From contig JAMCXR010000029.1 in the NCBI GenBank assembly GCA_023474185.1, positions 1-28,813 on the forward strand: a stretch of 28,813 bases of DNA, written 5' to 3'. The position numbers and the translations under genes are program-made. Source of the stretch: Patescibacteria group bacterium (lineage in GTDB: Bacteria > Patescibacteriota > Minisyncoccia > UBA6257 > Colwellbacteraceae). Shown here one piece after another: positions 1 through 9,410 of the stretch. How positions within the stretch are numbered: position 1 is the first letter of the stretch; each line of letters begins with the position of its first letter. The notes beneath the pieces are model-generated. The model searched no databases. It was not told the DNA's origin and saw only the letters and a program-made list of their open reading frames with translations.

Positions 1-746
1 TCCACTTTATTTTCGGAGATGAGCGCGACATCTTGGATATGCCTCAACGCAAAAATTTGTCCTCGCAGTTTGGCAGCTTTCTCGAATTCAGTTTTCTTGG
101 CAGCCTCTTTCATTTCCTCCTCCAGCGACCTTAATATTCTTTCTTTTCTGCCTTCAAAAAATAACTGAATGTTTTTGATGGTTTTCAAATATTCTTTTTT
201 ACTTACCGCTCCAATACAAGTTCCCGGACAAAGGCCTATCTCGTATTCGAAGCACGGCCGTTTGAACCGACCGACCTCTTCTGGCGGATGAATGCTGTAC
301 GGAAAAATGCGGCGGATTATCCTCAGCGCCTCGCGGATGCTCGAAGCCGAGGTAAACGGACCGAATACGGCCCGGGACGGAATGTTTTGTAACTCTTTGC
401 CATAAGATAAGAGAATCCTCGGAAAAGTGTCCTTGGTTATAGCCACATGCAAAAAGCTCTTGTCGTCCTTTTCGCGAATGTTGTATTGCGGATAATACTT
501 CTTAATAAGGCTTGATTCCAAGATTAAAGCCTCAATGGCCGTCTCGGTCTTAAGAAAATCTACCCTGGCTATCTCGGAAACCATTTTGGAAATTCTCGCC
601 TCCTGCGGACGCAAAAAATAACTGGAGACTCTCCTTTTAAGATTAATTGCCTTGCCAACATAAACAACTTTCTCGGCGCTGTTTTTCATTAAGTACACGC
701 CCGGTGTAGCGGGAAGGTTGCTGTAAGGTTTTTTTTGACTGGTCAT
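1..746 (-). CDS. uvrC: Excinuclease ABC subunit C, N-terminal part (GIY-YIG, Cys cluster, UVR domain); truncated by the window edge
   Basis: Not in the ORF track; translated by hand from ATG at 746: MTSQKKPYSNLPATPGVYLMKNSAEKVVYVGKAINLKRRVSSYF...EALILESSLIKKYYPQYNIREKDDKSF...RPCFEYEIGLCPGTC...EFEKAAKLRGQI. These are UvrC motifs, and the frame is open to position 3. Confidence 0.95.
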   Translation of the reverse strand, partial: MTSQKKPYSNLPATPGVYLMKNSAEKVVYVGKAINLKRRVSSYFLRPQEARISKMVSEIARVDFLKTETAIEALILESSLIKKYYPQYNIREKDDKSFLHVAITKDTFPRILLSYGKELQNIPSRAVFGPFTSASSIREALRIIRRIFPYSIHPPEEVGRFKRPCFEYEIGLCPGTCIGAVSKKEYLKTIKNIQLFFEGRKERILRSLEEEMKEAAKKTEFEKAAKLRGQIFALRHIQDVALISENKV

Positions 747-770
747 AATACAAATCTTATTCCGACGCAC

Positions 771-800
771 CAACTATAAAAACGGCCGTCAAAGTAGTTG
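771..800. promoter_or_regulatory. 30-bp dyad CAACTA-N5-ACGGCCGT-N5-TAGTTG upstream of uvrC, overlapping a TATAGT -10-like hexamer (minus strand, 773-778)
   Basis: Symmetry read directly from the 70-bp uvrA-uvrC intergenic gap; function is inferred. Confidence 0.35.
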
Positions 801-816
801 ATATGTGTCTAACGCT

Positions 817-3345
817 TTAGATTTTTGTTTCGGTCTTCAGGATTCTTCTCAAGTACTCTCCGGTGTAGCTTTCGGCTCTTTTAGAAACCTCTTCGGGCGT
901 GCCTGCGGCCACCACTTTGCCGCCCGCCTCTCCGCCTTCCGGCCCCAAGTCTATTACCCAGTCCGCGCATTTTATCACGTCGAGGTTGTGCTCGATAACG
1001 ACTATGGTGTTTCCTCTATCTACCAGCCTCTGCAGCACGGCCAAAAGCTTTTCTATGTCCGAAAAATGAAGACCGGTTGTCGGCTCATCCAAAAGATAAA
1101 GCGTGCGCCTGGTGTCGCGTTTGGCCAGTTCCGCCGCCAGTTTTATCCTTTGTGCCTCTCCTCCCGAAAGAGTAGTTGCCGGCTGTCCAAGTTCCATGTA
1201 GCCCAATCCGACTTCGTCCAAAATTTTCAGTTTGTCGTAGAGCGACGGAATGTCTTCAAAGAATTTCACAGCTTCGGAAACCGTCATTTTTAGCACGTCG
1301 TAGATATTCTTTTCTTTGTATTCGACTTCCAAAGTTTCCCTGTCGAATCTTTTCCCCTGGCAGATGTTGCAGGTCACGTAAACCGTCGGCAGGAAGTGCA
1401 TTTCTATTGCCAAATATCCGTGCCCCTCGCAATGTTCGCATCTTCCGCCCCTGACATTGAAGCTGAAACGCCCCGGTCTCCATCCTCTTACTCTCGAGTC
1501 TTCCGTAGCGGCAAAAAGATCGCGGACTTCCGTCCAAGCCCCGATATACGTGGCGGGGTTGGAACGCGGCGTGCGGCCTATCGGCGACTGATCGATGTTT
1601 ATGACCCTGTTCAAGTATTCCAGACCAAGTATGGACTTATGCGCTCCAGGCCTATGGCTCGCACGATTGAATTTGTTGGCTAAAGTCTTGTACAGCACGT
1701 CATAGACGAGCGTGCTTTTACCCGAGCCGGAAACGCCGGTTATTACGGTGAATTTTCTCAGCGGAATATCGACGTCGATGTTTTTAAGATTGTTTTCCGT
1801 TGCCCCTCTTATCTTCAAAAAATCCCCCGGGTGCCGCACCGGACGGCGATCTTCCGGAATTTCTATTTTCTTGTCCCCGCGGAGATAGTCCAAGGTAAGC
1901 GATTTCTGTTTTTTGTCCTTGAGTATCTCCGGTAACGGCCCCTGGGCCACAACTTTGCCGCCATTCACGCCGGCTCCGGGACCGAAATCTACCAAATAGT
2001 CGCTGGCGTGGATTGTATCCTCGTCGTGCTCAACGACGACTATCGTATTCCCCAAATCGCGCAGGTTTTGCAGGGTTTTGATAAGCTTGGCGTTGTCGCG
2101 CTGGTGCAAACCAATGGTCGGCTCGTCCAGGATATAAAGAGTTCCAACTAGCCTGGATCCTATCTGCGAGGCCAATCTTATTCTTTGAGCTTCGCCGCCG
2201 GAAAGAGTCCCGGCTTTCCTGTCGAGCGTCAAATAATTCAGCCCGACATCAACCAAAAATTTCAGCCGGCTTTTAATTTCGCGCAAAGGCACCTCGGCTA
2301 CTATTTTTTGCTCAAGATTTAATTTTATTTTCTCGAAAAACGCCGTTGCCTCGTCGATGGAAAAAGCCGTAACCTCAGTGATGTTTTTGCCTCCGATTAA
2401 TACGCTCAAGGCCTCGGGGCGCAAGCGCTTTCCAACGCAGACCGGACAAACTTCTTCCGTCCATAAATCTTTCGTTCCCAATCCGTGGCAAGCCTCGCAG
2501 GCCCCGTAAGGACTATTAAACGAGAAAAGTCTCGGTTCTATTTCCGGAAAGGAAAAGTTGTCGTTCGGACAGGTAAATTTCGCCGAAAGAGAAACTTCGT
2601 TTTTATCGGTAATGATAGTCGCAACGTCATTACCGTATTTTAGAGCCGCTTCGATGGACTCTGCCAATCTCTGACGATTGTCCTTATCCTTGAAATCCAT
2701 TCCGCCAGGGATGCGATCAACGACCAGTTCTATCGTATGTTTCTTATTTTTGCTAAGTTCGATTCGTTCGTGAAGCGAATGCAATTTTCCGTCGATTCTG
2801 GCCTCGCGGAAGCCAGCGTTGAGGAAATCGTAAAGCATCTGATAGTATTCTCCTTTGCGGCCGCGGACGGCCGGAGAAAGTATCAGAACATTCTTGCCGG
2901 AGGCGTCTTCTTTGGCCAAGGTGATGGCCGCGTCTACTATTTGATCGTTGGTCAACCGCCGTATTTCCCTTCCACAAACGGGACAATACGGAACGCCGAC
3001 GCGCGCGAAAAGAACGCGGAGGTAGTCGTAAATCTCCGTAATCGTGGCTACAGTCGAGCGCGGATTCGAGGAATGCGCTTTCTGGTCTATGGAAATTGCC
3101 GGTGACAAGCCCTCTATTTCGTCCATGTCCGGTTTGTCCATTCTTTCTAAAAACTGCCGGGCGTAAGCCGAAAGCGACTCAATATACCTTCTCTGACCTT
3201 CGGCAAAAATAGTATCGAAAGCCAAGCTGGATTTTCCGGATCCCGAAGGGCCGGTGAATATAACCATCTGATCCCGCGGGATTTCCAAATCTATGTCTTT
3301 TAAATTATGCTCCCTTGCTCCTTTTATTTTTATCTTCGTCTGCAT
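817..3345 (-). CDS. uvrA: Excinuclease ABC subunit A (short form, 842 aa)
   Basis: Two ABC ATPase modules ([27 protein letters not shown]; [27 protein letters not shown]), zinc-binding Cys motifs and a UvrB-binding region. Confidence 0.98.
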   Translation of the reverse strand: MQTKIKIKGAREHNLKDIDLEIPRDQMVIFTGPSGSGKSSLAFDTIFAEGQRRYIESLSAYARQFLERMDKPDMDEIEGLSPAISIDQKAHSSNPRSTVATITEIYDYLRVLFARVGVPYCPVCGREIRRLTNDQIVDAAITLAKEDASGKNVLILSPAVRGRKGEYYQMLYDFLNAGFREARIDGKLHSLHERIELSKNKKHTIELVVDRIPGGMDFKDKDNRQRLAESIEAALKYGNDVATIITDKNEVSLSAKFTCPNDNFSFPEIEPRLFSFNSPYGACEACHGLGTKDLWTEEVCPVCVGKRLRPEALSVLIGGKNITEVTAFSIDEATAFFEKIKLNLEQKIVAEVPLREIKSRLKFLVDVGLNYLTLDRKAGTLSGGEAQRIRLASQIGSRLVGTLYILDEPTIGLHQRDNAKLIKTLQNLRDLGNTIVVVEHDEDTIHASDYLVDFGPGAGVNGGKVVAQGPLPEILKDKKQKSLTLDYLRGDKKIEIPEDRRPVRHPGDFLKIRGATENNLKNIDVDIPLRKFTVITGVSGSGKSTLVYDVLYKTLANKFNRASHRPGAHKSILGLEYLNRVINIDQSPIGRTPRSNPATYIGAWTEVRDLFAATEDSRVRGWRPGRFSFNVRGGRCEHCEGHGYLAIEMHFLPTVYVTCNICQGKRFDRETLEVEYKEKNIYDVLKMTVSEAVKFFEDIPSLYDKLKILDEVGLGYMELGQPATTLSGGEAQRIKLAAELAKRDTRRTLYLLDEPTTGLHFSDIEKLLAVLQRLVDRGNTIVVIEHNLDVIKCADWVIDLGPEGGEAGGKVVAAGTPEEVSKRAESYTGEYLRRILKTETKI

Positions 3346-3348
3346 GGT

Positions 3349-5346
3349 TTATCTGGCTTTGCCAGCGCTTTCTTCTTCGACAAATTTTTTCGACTTAAGC
3401 TCCTTGATTTCGTCCCTTAGTATAGCCGCAAGTTCGAAGTCTAAATCCTTAGCCGCCTGCTTCATTTCCTTCTCTTTATCGCGGATAAGCTCCTCGACGG
3501 CCCGTTTTGACCTGACCACGGGTTTCATTTCCAAGGAAAGAATTTCTTCCGAAGGCAAGATGTCTTTTATCTCCTTTTCAATCGTTTTCGGAGTAATGCA
3601 GTGCTCTTTGTTATATGCTAGTTGCCGTCGCCGGCGACGCTCGGTTTCGCCCACCGCGCGCTTGATGGAACCGGTAATTTCATCCGCATACATTAAAACC
3701 TCTCCGTTGACGTTTCTGGCCGCGCGGCCGATGGTTTGGATAAGCGAAGTCTCGCTTCGCAGAAACCCTTCCTTGTCGGCGTCAAGTATCGCCACCAGCG
3801 ATACCTCGGGCAAGTCCAAGCCTTCCCTCAGGAGATTAACGCCGACTAAAACGTCGAAATCCCCCTTTCTCAATTTGGTGAGTATTTTTATGCGCTCCAG
3901 GGTTTTAACGTCGCTGTGGAGATAGCTTACCTTAATCTTTTTCTTCTCGCCAAGGTACTCGCTCAAATCCTCCGCCATTTTTTTGGTTAAAGTGGTCACC
4001 AGCACCCTTTCCTTCTTCGCCACACGCTCCTCAATACGCGGAATAAGATCATCGACCTGGCCTGTTGCTGGACGCATGGTAACCTTGGGATCAATCAAGC
4101 CCGTCGGACGGATTATCTGCTCGACTATTTGTTTGCTTGCGTCACGCTCATAAGGACCCGGAGTAGCCGAGGTGAAAATCGCCTGCCCGATTCTCTTTTC
4201 GAATTCGCGAAACCTTAAAGGCCTGTTGTCGGCCGCCGAAGGCAACCGAAAACCGTATTCGATAAGCGTTTCCTTTCTGACGCGGTCTCCCTCGTACATC
4301 CCGTTTAGCTGGGGAATAGTTATATGTGATTCGTCTATGACCGTCAAAAAATCATCTGGGAAATAATCCAGAAGAGTCGCTGGCGGTTCGCCCGCCTTGC
4401 GCCCCGAAAGGTGCCGCGAGTAGTTTTCTATGCCGTGGCAATATCCTATCTCGCGCATCATAGCCACATCGTTTTTGGTTCTCCTTTCGAGTCTTTCGGC
4501 TTCGAGGTATTTGCCTTCTTTTTCAAAATACTTAAGCCTTTCTTTAAGCTCGGCCATAATATCCTTGACGGCATGTTCGCGTTCTTCCTTTCCCGTCAGG
4601 AAATGTTTTGCCGGAGAAATAAATATTTCTTCCGTTTTCGGAGTCTTGCCAAGCTGCCAGCCTTTGACCGGATCGATAACAAAGATGTCGGTAATCGCGT
4701 CATCGACAACGCGAAGGTTGTAGATAACCTCCTCGTTGACCGGCATTACCTCCCAGTTGTCGCCCCGCAAGCGGAAACTGCCGCGTTTTAATTCCGACGT
4801 TGTCCGGCTAAAATGTATCTCGACCAGCTTCCGCGTCATTTCCTTCCTCGAAAGCCTGTCGCCGACCTTGAGATGCAAAAGGTTGGCTCTGTACGTCTCC
4901 GGTGCCCCCAACCCATAAATACAAGAAACGGAAGCCACGATTACCACGTCGCGGCGCGTTAAAAGGGCGGTCGTGGCCGCGTGGCGAAGGCGGTCTATTT
5001 CGTCGTTAATCATCGCCTCCTTGTCGATGTAAGTGTCGCTCAAGGGCATATATGCCTCCGGCTGGTAATAGTCGTAGTAAGAAACGAAATAGTGGACGGC
5101 GTTGTTGGGGAAAAGCTCCCTGAACTCGTTGCAAAGCTGGGCGGCCAGAGTTTTGTTGTGGGCGATGACCAAAGTCGGCCGGTTAATCTCCTCAATGACG
5201 TTTGCGACCGTAAATGTCTTTCCGGATCCGGTCACGCCTAAAAGGGTTTGCTTATCAAACCCTTTGTTAAGCCCCTCGACCAGTTTTCCGATGGCTTGCG
5301 GCTGGTCTCCGGCCGGCTTGTTTTTGCTTATCAGTTCAAAACCCAT
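3349..5346 (-). CDS. uvrB: Excinuclease ABC subunit B
   Basis: [23 protein letters not shown] beta-hairpin, [25 protein letters not shown] and a C-terminal UVR domain ([13 protein letters not shown]). Confidence 0.98.
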   Translation of the reverse strand: MGFELISKNKPAGDQPQAIGKLVEGLNKGFDKQTLLGVTGSGKTFTVANVIEEINRPTLVIAHNKTLAAQLCNEFRELFPNNAVHYFVSYYDYYQPEAYMPLSDTYIDKEAMINDEIDRLRHAATTALLTRRDVVIVASVSCIYGLGAPETYRANLLHLKVGDRLSRKEMTRKLVEIHFSRTTSELKRGSFRLRGDNWEVMPVNEEVIYNLRVVDDAITDIFVIDPVKGWQLGKTPKTEEIFISPAKHFLTGKEEREHAVKDIMAELKERLKYFEKEGKYLEAERLERRTKNDVAMMREIGYCHGIENYSRHLSGRKAGEPPATLLDYFPDDFLTVIDESHITIPQLNGMYEGDRVRKETLIEYGFRLPSAADNRPLRFREFEKRIGQAIFTSATPGPYERDASKQIVEQIIRPTGLIDPKVTMRPATGQVDDLIPRIEERVAKKERVLVTTLTKKMAEDLSEYLGEKKKIKVSYLHSDVKTLERIKILTKLRKGDFDVLVGVNLLREGLDLPEVSLVAILDADKEGFLRSETSLIQTIGRAARNVNGEVLMYADEITGSIKRAVGETERRRRRQLAYNKEHCITPKTIEKEIKDILPSEEILSLEMKPVVRSKRAVEELIRDKEKEMKQAAKDLDFELAAILRDEIKELKSKKFVEEESAGKAR

Positions 5347-5357
5347 TCTTACGCCAA

Positions 5358-5390
5358 AACGCCCCCGTTTCGGTTCCTTTAGGGGGTGTT
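5358..5390 (-). promoter_or_regulatory. Imperfect stem-loop (AACACCCCC...GGGGGCGUU) in the predicted uvrB 5' leader
   Basis: Inverted repeat with one mismatch, ending 11 nt before the uvrB ATG. Confidence 0.3.
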
Positions 5391-5400
5391 AGCTCCAATT

Positions 5401-5429
5401 AGAATATAACAAACTCCGCTTTTGGTCAA
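5401..5429 (-). promoter_or_regulatory. Sigma70-type promoter for uvrB-uvrA-uvrC: TTGACC-N17-TATTCT
   Basis: -35 at 5424-5429 and -10 at 5401-5406 with 17-nt spacing, within the ychF-uvrB gap. Confidence 0.6.
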
Positions 5430-5446
5430 TTTCGCAGCGGAACCCA

Positions 5447-6454
5447 TTATCCGTGCCTGATTTCTAAAACATCACCGTCCTGGACAGCGTAGTCCTTTCC
5501 TTCCAGCCTCAGCCACCCGTTTTGCTTGGCCTTCGCCCAACTACCAGCCTCGAGAAGTTTTTGCCAGCTTATGACTTCGGCTCTAATGAACTTGTCTTCA
5601 AAATCGCTGTGAATGATGCCGGCGGCCTGCGGGGCCTTTGTTTCCTTTTCGATAGTCCAAGCCCTAGTTTCATCTTCTCCAGTAGTGAAGAAACTTATAA
5701 GCCCCAATACCTCGTACGCTTTGGACACCAGACTATCGACGTTGTCCACGTTGTTCAAATCGAAACAAACGTATTCCGAACCCAGTTCTTTGATTCGGGC
5801 TAAAAGATCTTCGTTTTCGCATCCCTGGAGACCGTTCAGCAAAAATATTTGCGGCTTGGCCGTCAACAGTTGCAGTTCCTTCACGGCTTGATTGTACAAA
5901 ATGTCCGCTGCCAGAGAATTAGCCAGTTTTCCGGCCTGGAGCGCTTCTACCACGGCTTCCACACTTCTTTCGTCTTCCTTTTTTTTCTTATCGCCACTCC
6001 TCGCTTCGCTCCGCAGCTTTTCCAGCCTTCTCTCGGCCTTCTCCAAGTCCTTGAAAACCAGCTCAAGATTGATGATCTCCAAATCGCGCAGGGGATCTAC
6101 CGAGTTTTCCACGTGAATGATTTCCTCTCCGCCGAAACAACGAAGGACGTGACAAACGGCGTTTACCTCGCTAATGTGCCCCAAAAACTGATTGCCTAAC
6201 CCCTGTCCTTCGTGGGCGCCTCTGACCAAACCGGCAATGTCGTAAAACTCGACCACGGCCGGTATTTTTTTGGCCGATTTACTCATTACATTCAGCTTTT
6301 CCAGCCTTTCGTCGGGTACAGAAACAATTCCGACATTCGGATCAATGGTAGCAAAGGGATAGTTAGCCACGTTAACTTCCTGCTTAGTCAATATCCGAAA
6401 TAAAGTCGATTTGCCAACGTTGGGCAAGCCGACAATGCCGATGGAAAGTTTCAT
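5447..6454 (-). CDS. ychF: Ribosome-associated ATPase YchF (Obg family), shortened
   Basis: GIVGLPNVGKSTLF, NYPFATIDPN, DIAGLVRGA and a C-terminal TGS domain (FFTTGEDETRAWTI...GKDYAVQDGD). ATGA overlap with map. Confidence 0.96.
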   Translation of the reverse strand: MKLSIGIVGLPNVGKSTLFRILTKQEVNVANYPFATIDPNVGIVSVPDERLEKLNVMSKSAKKIPAVVEFYDIAGLVRGAHEGQGLGNQFLGHISEVNAVCHVLRCFGGEEIIHVENSVDPLRDLEIINLELVFKDLEKAERRLEKLRSEARSGDKKKKEDERSVEAVVEALQAGKLANSLAADILYNQAVKELQLLTAKPQIFLLNGLQGCENEDLLARIKELGSEYVCFDLNNVDNVDSLVSKAYEVLGLISFFTTGEDETRAWTIEKETKAPQAAGIIHSDFEDKFIRAEVISWQKLLEAGSWAKAKQNGWLRLEGKDYAVQDGDVLEIRHG

Positions 6455-7209
6455 GCCGTGAGTATCTCCGCCTCTTTCTTGCCTATTAAAACGGTGTGTT
6501 CGAAATGCGCCACGATGCTTTTATCGGCCGCTTCATAACTGTCGTCCGGCAAGTCGACTACGGCGTTGGTTCCAAGGCTAAGAATAGGCTCTATCGCCAA
6601 AACCATTCCTTCCTTTAGCGTCATTCCGCTTCCCGGCTGGCCGAAATTATAAATCATCGGTTCTTCGTGCACCGCCTGCCCCACGCCATGGCCGCCTAGC
6701 TCTTCCAAGACGTAAACGCCACCGGCGGTGGCGACTCTTTCCACCGCAAACCCGATATCGCCGACGGTTTTCCCGACTTTTGCCGCTCTGATTCCGGCCC
6801 GGAGAGCCATTTCCGTCAGCCGCAAGAGATTCTTTACCGGAGTTTCCACGCTTCCCAAAACAATAGTGGTTGCCGAATCGGTAATCGCTCCGCGGTAATT
6901 TACTCCCAAATCTATCTTTAGAACGTCGCCCGACTGCAGCCGGTAATCGGTCGGCCGACCGTGAACCGCAATGGAATTCAGCGAAGTGCAAATGGCGTAG
7001 GGATAGGGAAATCTGGCGCCTTCCGGCCGGTAGCCCAAAAAAGCAGGGGTTGCGCCGGATTCGGCAATCAGTTTCCTGGCTAATTCATCCAGATCGGTAA
7101 GCCTGGTATTGATTTTAGTGGCTGCCTTGAGCTTCCGTAAAACTCCCGCCAGTATCTTTCCGGACTCGCGGAAAGTCGTAACTTCTTCTTTGGTTGTAAT
7201 TAAACTCAT
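6451..7209 (-). CDS. map: Methionine aminopeptidase type I
   Basis: Metal-ligand motifs KIDLG, TDSA, GHGVG..HEEP, AIEP and HFEHT; canonical position after adk. Confidence 0.97.
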   Translation of the reverse strand: MSLITTKEEVTTFRESGKILAGVLRKLKAATKINTRLTDLDELARKLIAESGATPAFLGYRPEGARFPYPYAICTSLNSIAVHGRPTDYRLQSGDVLKIDLGVNYRGAITDSATTIVLGSVETPVKNLLRLTEMALRAGIRAAKVGKTVGDIGFAVERVATAGGVYVLEELGGHGVGQAVHEEPMIYNFGQPGSGMTLKEGMVLAIEPILSLGTNAVVDLPDDSYEAADKSIVAHFEHTVLIGKKEAEILTA

Positions 7210-7877
7210 AAAGATTTTATTTTTTTCAAAGCCGAAGCAAAAATTTTATAAGGCGGCGGAGTGGTATCGAGAGTTATAAATTTATAACCTTCCCGGCGAT
7301 AAGCGGAAAAAATAGGTTCCGTCGTTTCCAGATACTCTTTTAATCTTACCTTAATTACCGCCGGTTTATCCAGTTCCCTTTTCTCCAATCTACCCAGGCA
7401 AATGGGGCAAGTTCTATTCCTCGGAGAAAAACCGATGGGGCTGGCGCCACAAACCGAACAAATTAACCGCTTGGAGTTCCTCGCGATGGACACCTGCGGA
7501 TTGACTTTAAGTTCGATAAAAACGAGGTTTTCTCGGCCAAAGGTTCTTGTCAAAAAAGGTATCAGTACTCGGGCTTCCTCGAATCGCCGCGGCGAGCCGC
7601 TTAAAACCACGCCGTCCCCGTACCGAGCTATGCGTTTCAAGTCGCCAAGGACCATTTTCGTCACAACCGGCGCCGGCAATAACCCTCCCTCCGCGAAAAC
7701 TTTTTCCTCGCCCAAAACCGCGCGGTTTTTGCTCTCGTGAGCCTTTTTGATTTTCTTCTCGATTTCGCTGCCAGTATCGTACTGGATAAGTCCGAATTTG
7801 CTAGCCAAAAACCTTGCTAGAGTTCCCTTGCCGGACCCCGGCGGTCCGAAAACGATTATAGCTCTAGGAGCGTTCAT
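7206..7877 (-). CDS. adk: Adenylate kinase-family nucleoside monophosphate kinase with a Zn-binding LID (CSVC...CPIC); divergent NMP site
   Basis: GPPGSGKGT P-loop, LID Cys pairs and position between secY and map. Confidence 0.85.
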   Translation of the reverse strand: MNAPRAIIVFGPPGSGKGTLARFLASKFGLIQYDTGSEIEKKIKKAHESKNRAVLGEEKVFAEGGLLPAPVVTKMVLGDLKRIARYGDGVVLSGSPRRFEEARVLIPFLTRTFGRENLVFIELKVNPQVSIARNSKRLICSVCGASPIGFSPRNRTCPICLGRLEKRELDKPAVIKVRLKEYLETTEPIFSAYRREGYKFITLDTTPPPYKIFASALKKIKSL

Positions 7878-9135
7878 ACTCGCGCAGCGTAAGCTGAGAA
7901 TCGATTTGCTTAGCTGTGTCCAACGCCACTGCGACTACAATTAGGAGCGCTGTGCCCCCGATTGTCAGTGTTTTGGTTCCGGTTGCAACCTGGGTCACGA
8001 TTGGCAAAACGGCTATGGCACCCAGGAATAAGGCGCCGAAAAGAGTGACTCGGCTGACGACTTTAGAAAGGTACTGGGTCGTCGGCTCCCCAGGCCTGAT
8101 TCCGGGGAGGAAACCACCGCTCCGTTGCAAGCTCTTAGAAATTTCTGCTGGGTCGAACGTCACCGCCGTGTAGAAGTACGTGAAAATAAAAACCAGGAGG
8201 AAATAAGCAATTCCGTACCACAGCTGGTTGTTGGTGAAATTGGTCACCCAATTGGTAATCGCACTCCCCCAATTCAAACTAAAAGCGGAAATCATCTGCC
8301 CAAGGAATTGCGGGAAAAGCAAAACCGAAATGGCGAAAATAATCGGGATGACGCCAGCCTGGTTTACCCTGATCGGCAAATAGCTGGAAACTCCCCCGTA
8401 AATCCTGTTCCCTCTGACTTGCTTGGCGTACGAGACGGTCAACCGGCGCTCGGCCTCATTGACAATGACTACCGCGGCGACGACTACCAAAGCCAAAATC
8501 ACGAAGGCCGCGTAAGGCATGAAATCGCTCGGGGTATAGGCTTGCAGGGCATTGTAAATACTGCCCGGTAGACCGGCCACTATACCAGCAAAAATCAGCA
8601 AAGAAACGCCATTACCCATCTTTTGCTCGGAAACAATATCACCCAGCCAAACCAAAACCATCGAGCCGGCAATAATGGTAAAGACGCTGACAACGGCGCC
8701 CGAAAGCGATATCTGCGGCAACACGCCTTGCTGGGTCAACAACTTTAAAAAACCGAATCCCTGCAGGGCGGCCAAGGGAATGGTCAGATACTTGGAGTAA
8801 CGGTTGAATTTGGCGCGGCCGGCCGATCCTTCTTCGTAATACATCGTTTTCAAATTCGGGAAAATCATGGTTAGGAGTTGCATGATAATCGTCGCCGTGA
8901 TGTACGGGCCCAAACCCAGCATAATAATGGAAAGGTTGGCCAGGGAACCGCCGGAGAAAATATTAAGTAAACCGAAAAGCTGGTTGCTGGAAAAAAGAGC
9001 GCTGAGCGCCTGGGCGTTGACACCAGGTATCGGAATGGAAGCCAAAGCCCTAAAAACGGCGAAGATTAGCGCGATAACTAAGACTTTGTTGCGTAAATCC
9101 TTATCTTTTAAAAGAAGAGAAAGGCGGCTGTTCAT
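7864..9135 (-). CDS. secY: Preprotein translocase subunit SecY
   Basis: Multiple TM segments with LGLGPYITATII, GNGVSLLIFAGI, NQAGVIPIIFA and PGIRPGEPT. Confidence 0.98.
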   Translation of the reverse strand: MNSRLSLLLKDKDLRNKVLVIALIFAVFRALASIPIPGVNAQALSALFSSNQLFGLLNIFSGGSLANLSIIMLGLGPYITATIIMQLLTMIFPNLKTMYYEEGSAGRAKFNRYSKYLTIPLAALQGFGFLKLLTQQGVLPQISLSGAVVSVFTIIAGSMVLVWLGDIVSEQKMGNGVSLLIFAGIVAGLPGSIYNALQAYTPSDFMPYAAFVILALVVVAAVVIVNEAERRLTVSYAKQVRGNRIYGGVSSYLPIRVNQAGVIPIIFAISVLLFPQFLGQMISAFSLNWGSAITNWVTNFTNNQLWYGIAYFLLVFIFTYFYTAVTFDPAEISKSLQRSGGFLPGIRPGEPTTQYLSKVVSRVTLFGALFLGAIAVLPIVTQVATGTKTLTIGGTALLIVVAVALDTAKQIDSQLTLREYERS

Positions 9136-9140
9136 CTAAT

Positions 9141-9404
9141 TTATTTGCGCTCCTTGTTCCCGGCGCTTTTCTTTTTGGCAGCTCTGGATTTGACTTTCTT
9201 CCTCCAAGCCGCGCCTTTGTTTCTGACGCCGCGCAGTTTCGGCAGGTGCTGTATCAAATCCCTTTCCGCCGGCCGAATGCGGTGACCAGCCCTGGCTTTT
9301 TGCCCTTTTGTTCCTCGCCCAGAAAAAGTACCGCGCTTTCCGCCGCGACCGATCCTTTTTTCATCCTTGTTCTTGTGTAATGGCGTTAAATCGTGAAGTT
9401 GCAT
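9141..9404 (-). CDS. rplO: 50S ribosomal protein uL15, C-terminally truncated (87 aa)
   Basis: MQLHDL...KRIGRGGKRGTFSGRGTKGQKARAG...LPKLRG; position before secY. Confidence 0.93.
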   Translation of the reverse strand: MQLHDLTPLHKNKDEKRIGRGGKRGTFSGRGTKGQKARAGHRIRPAERDLIQHLPKLRGVRNKGAAWRKKVKSRAAKKKSAGNKERK

Positions 9405-9410
9405 GGTTGA

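Noticed and set aside
747-5446. Canonical LexA/SOS box upstream of the uvr genes
   Set aside because: No match to CTGT-N8-ACAG or GAAC-N4-GTTC in either intergenic region by eye.
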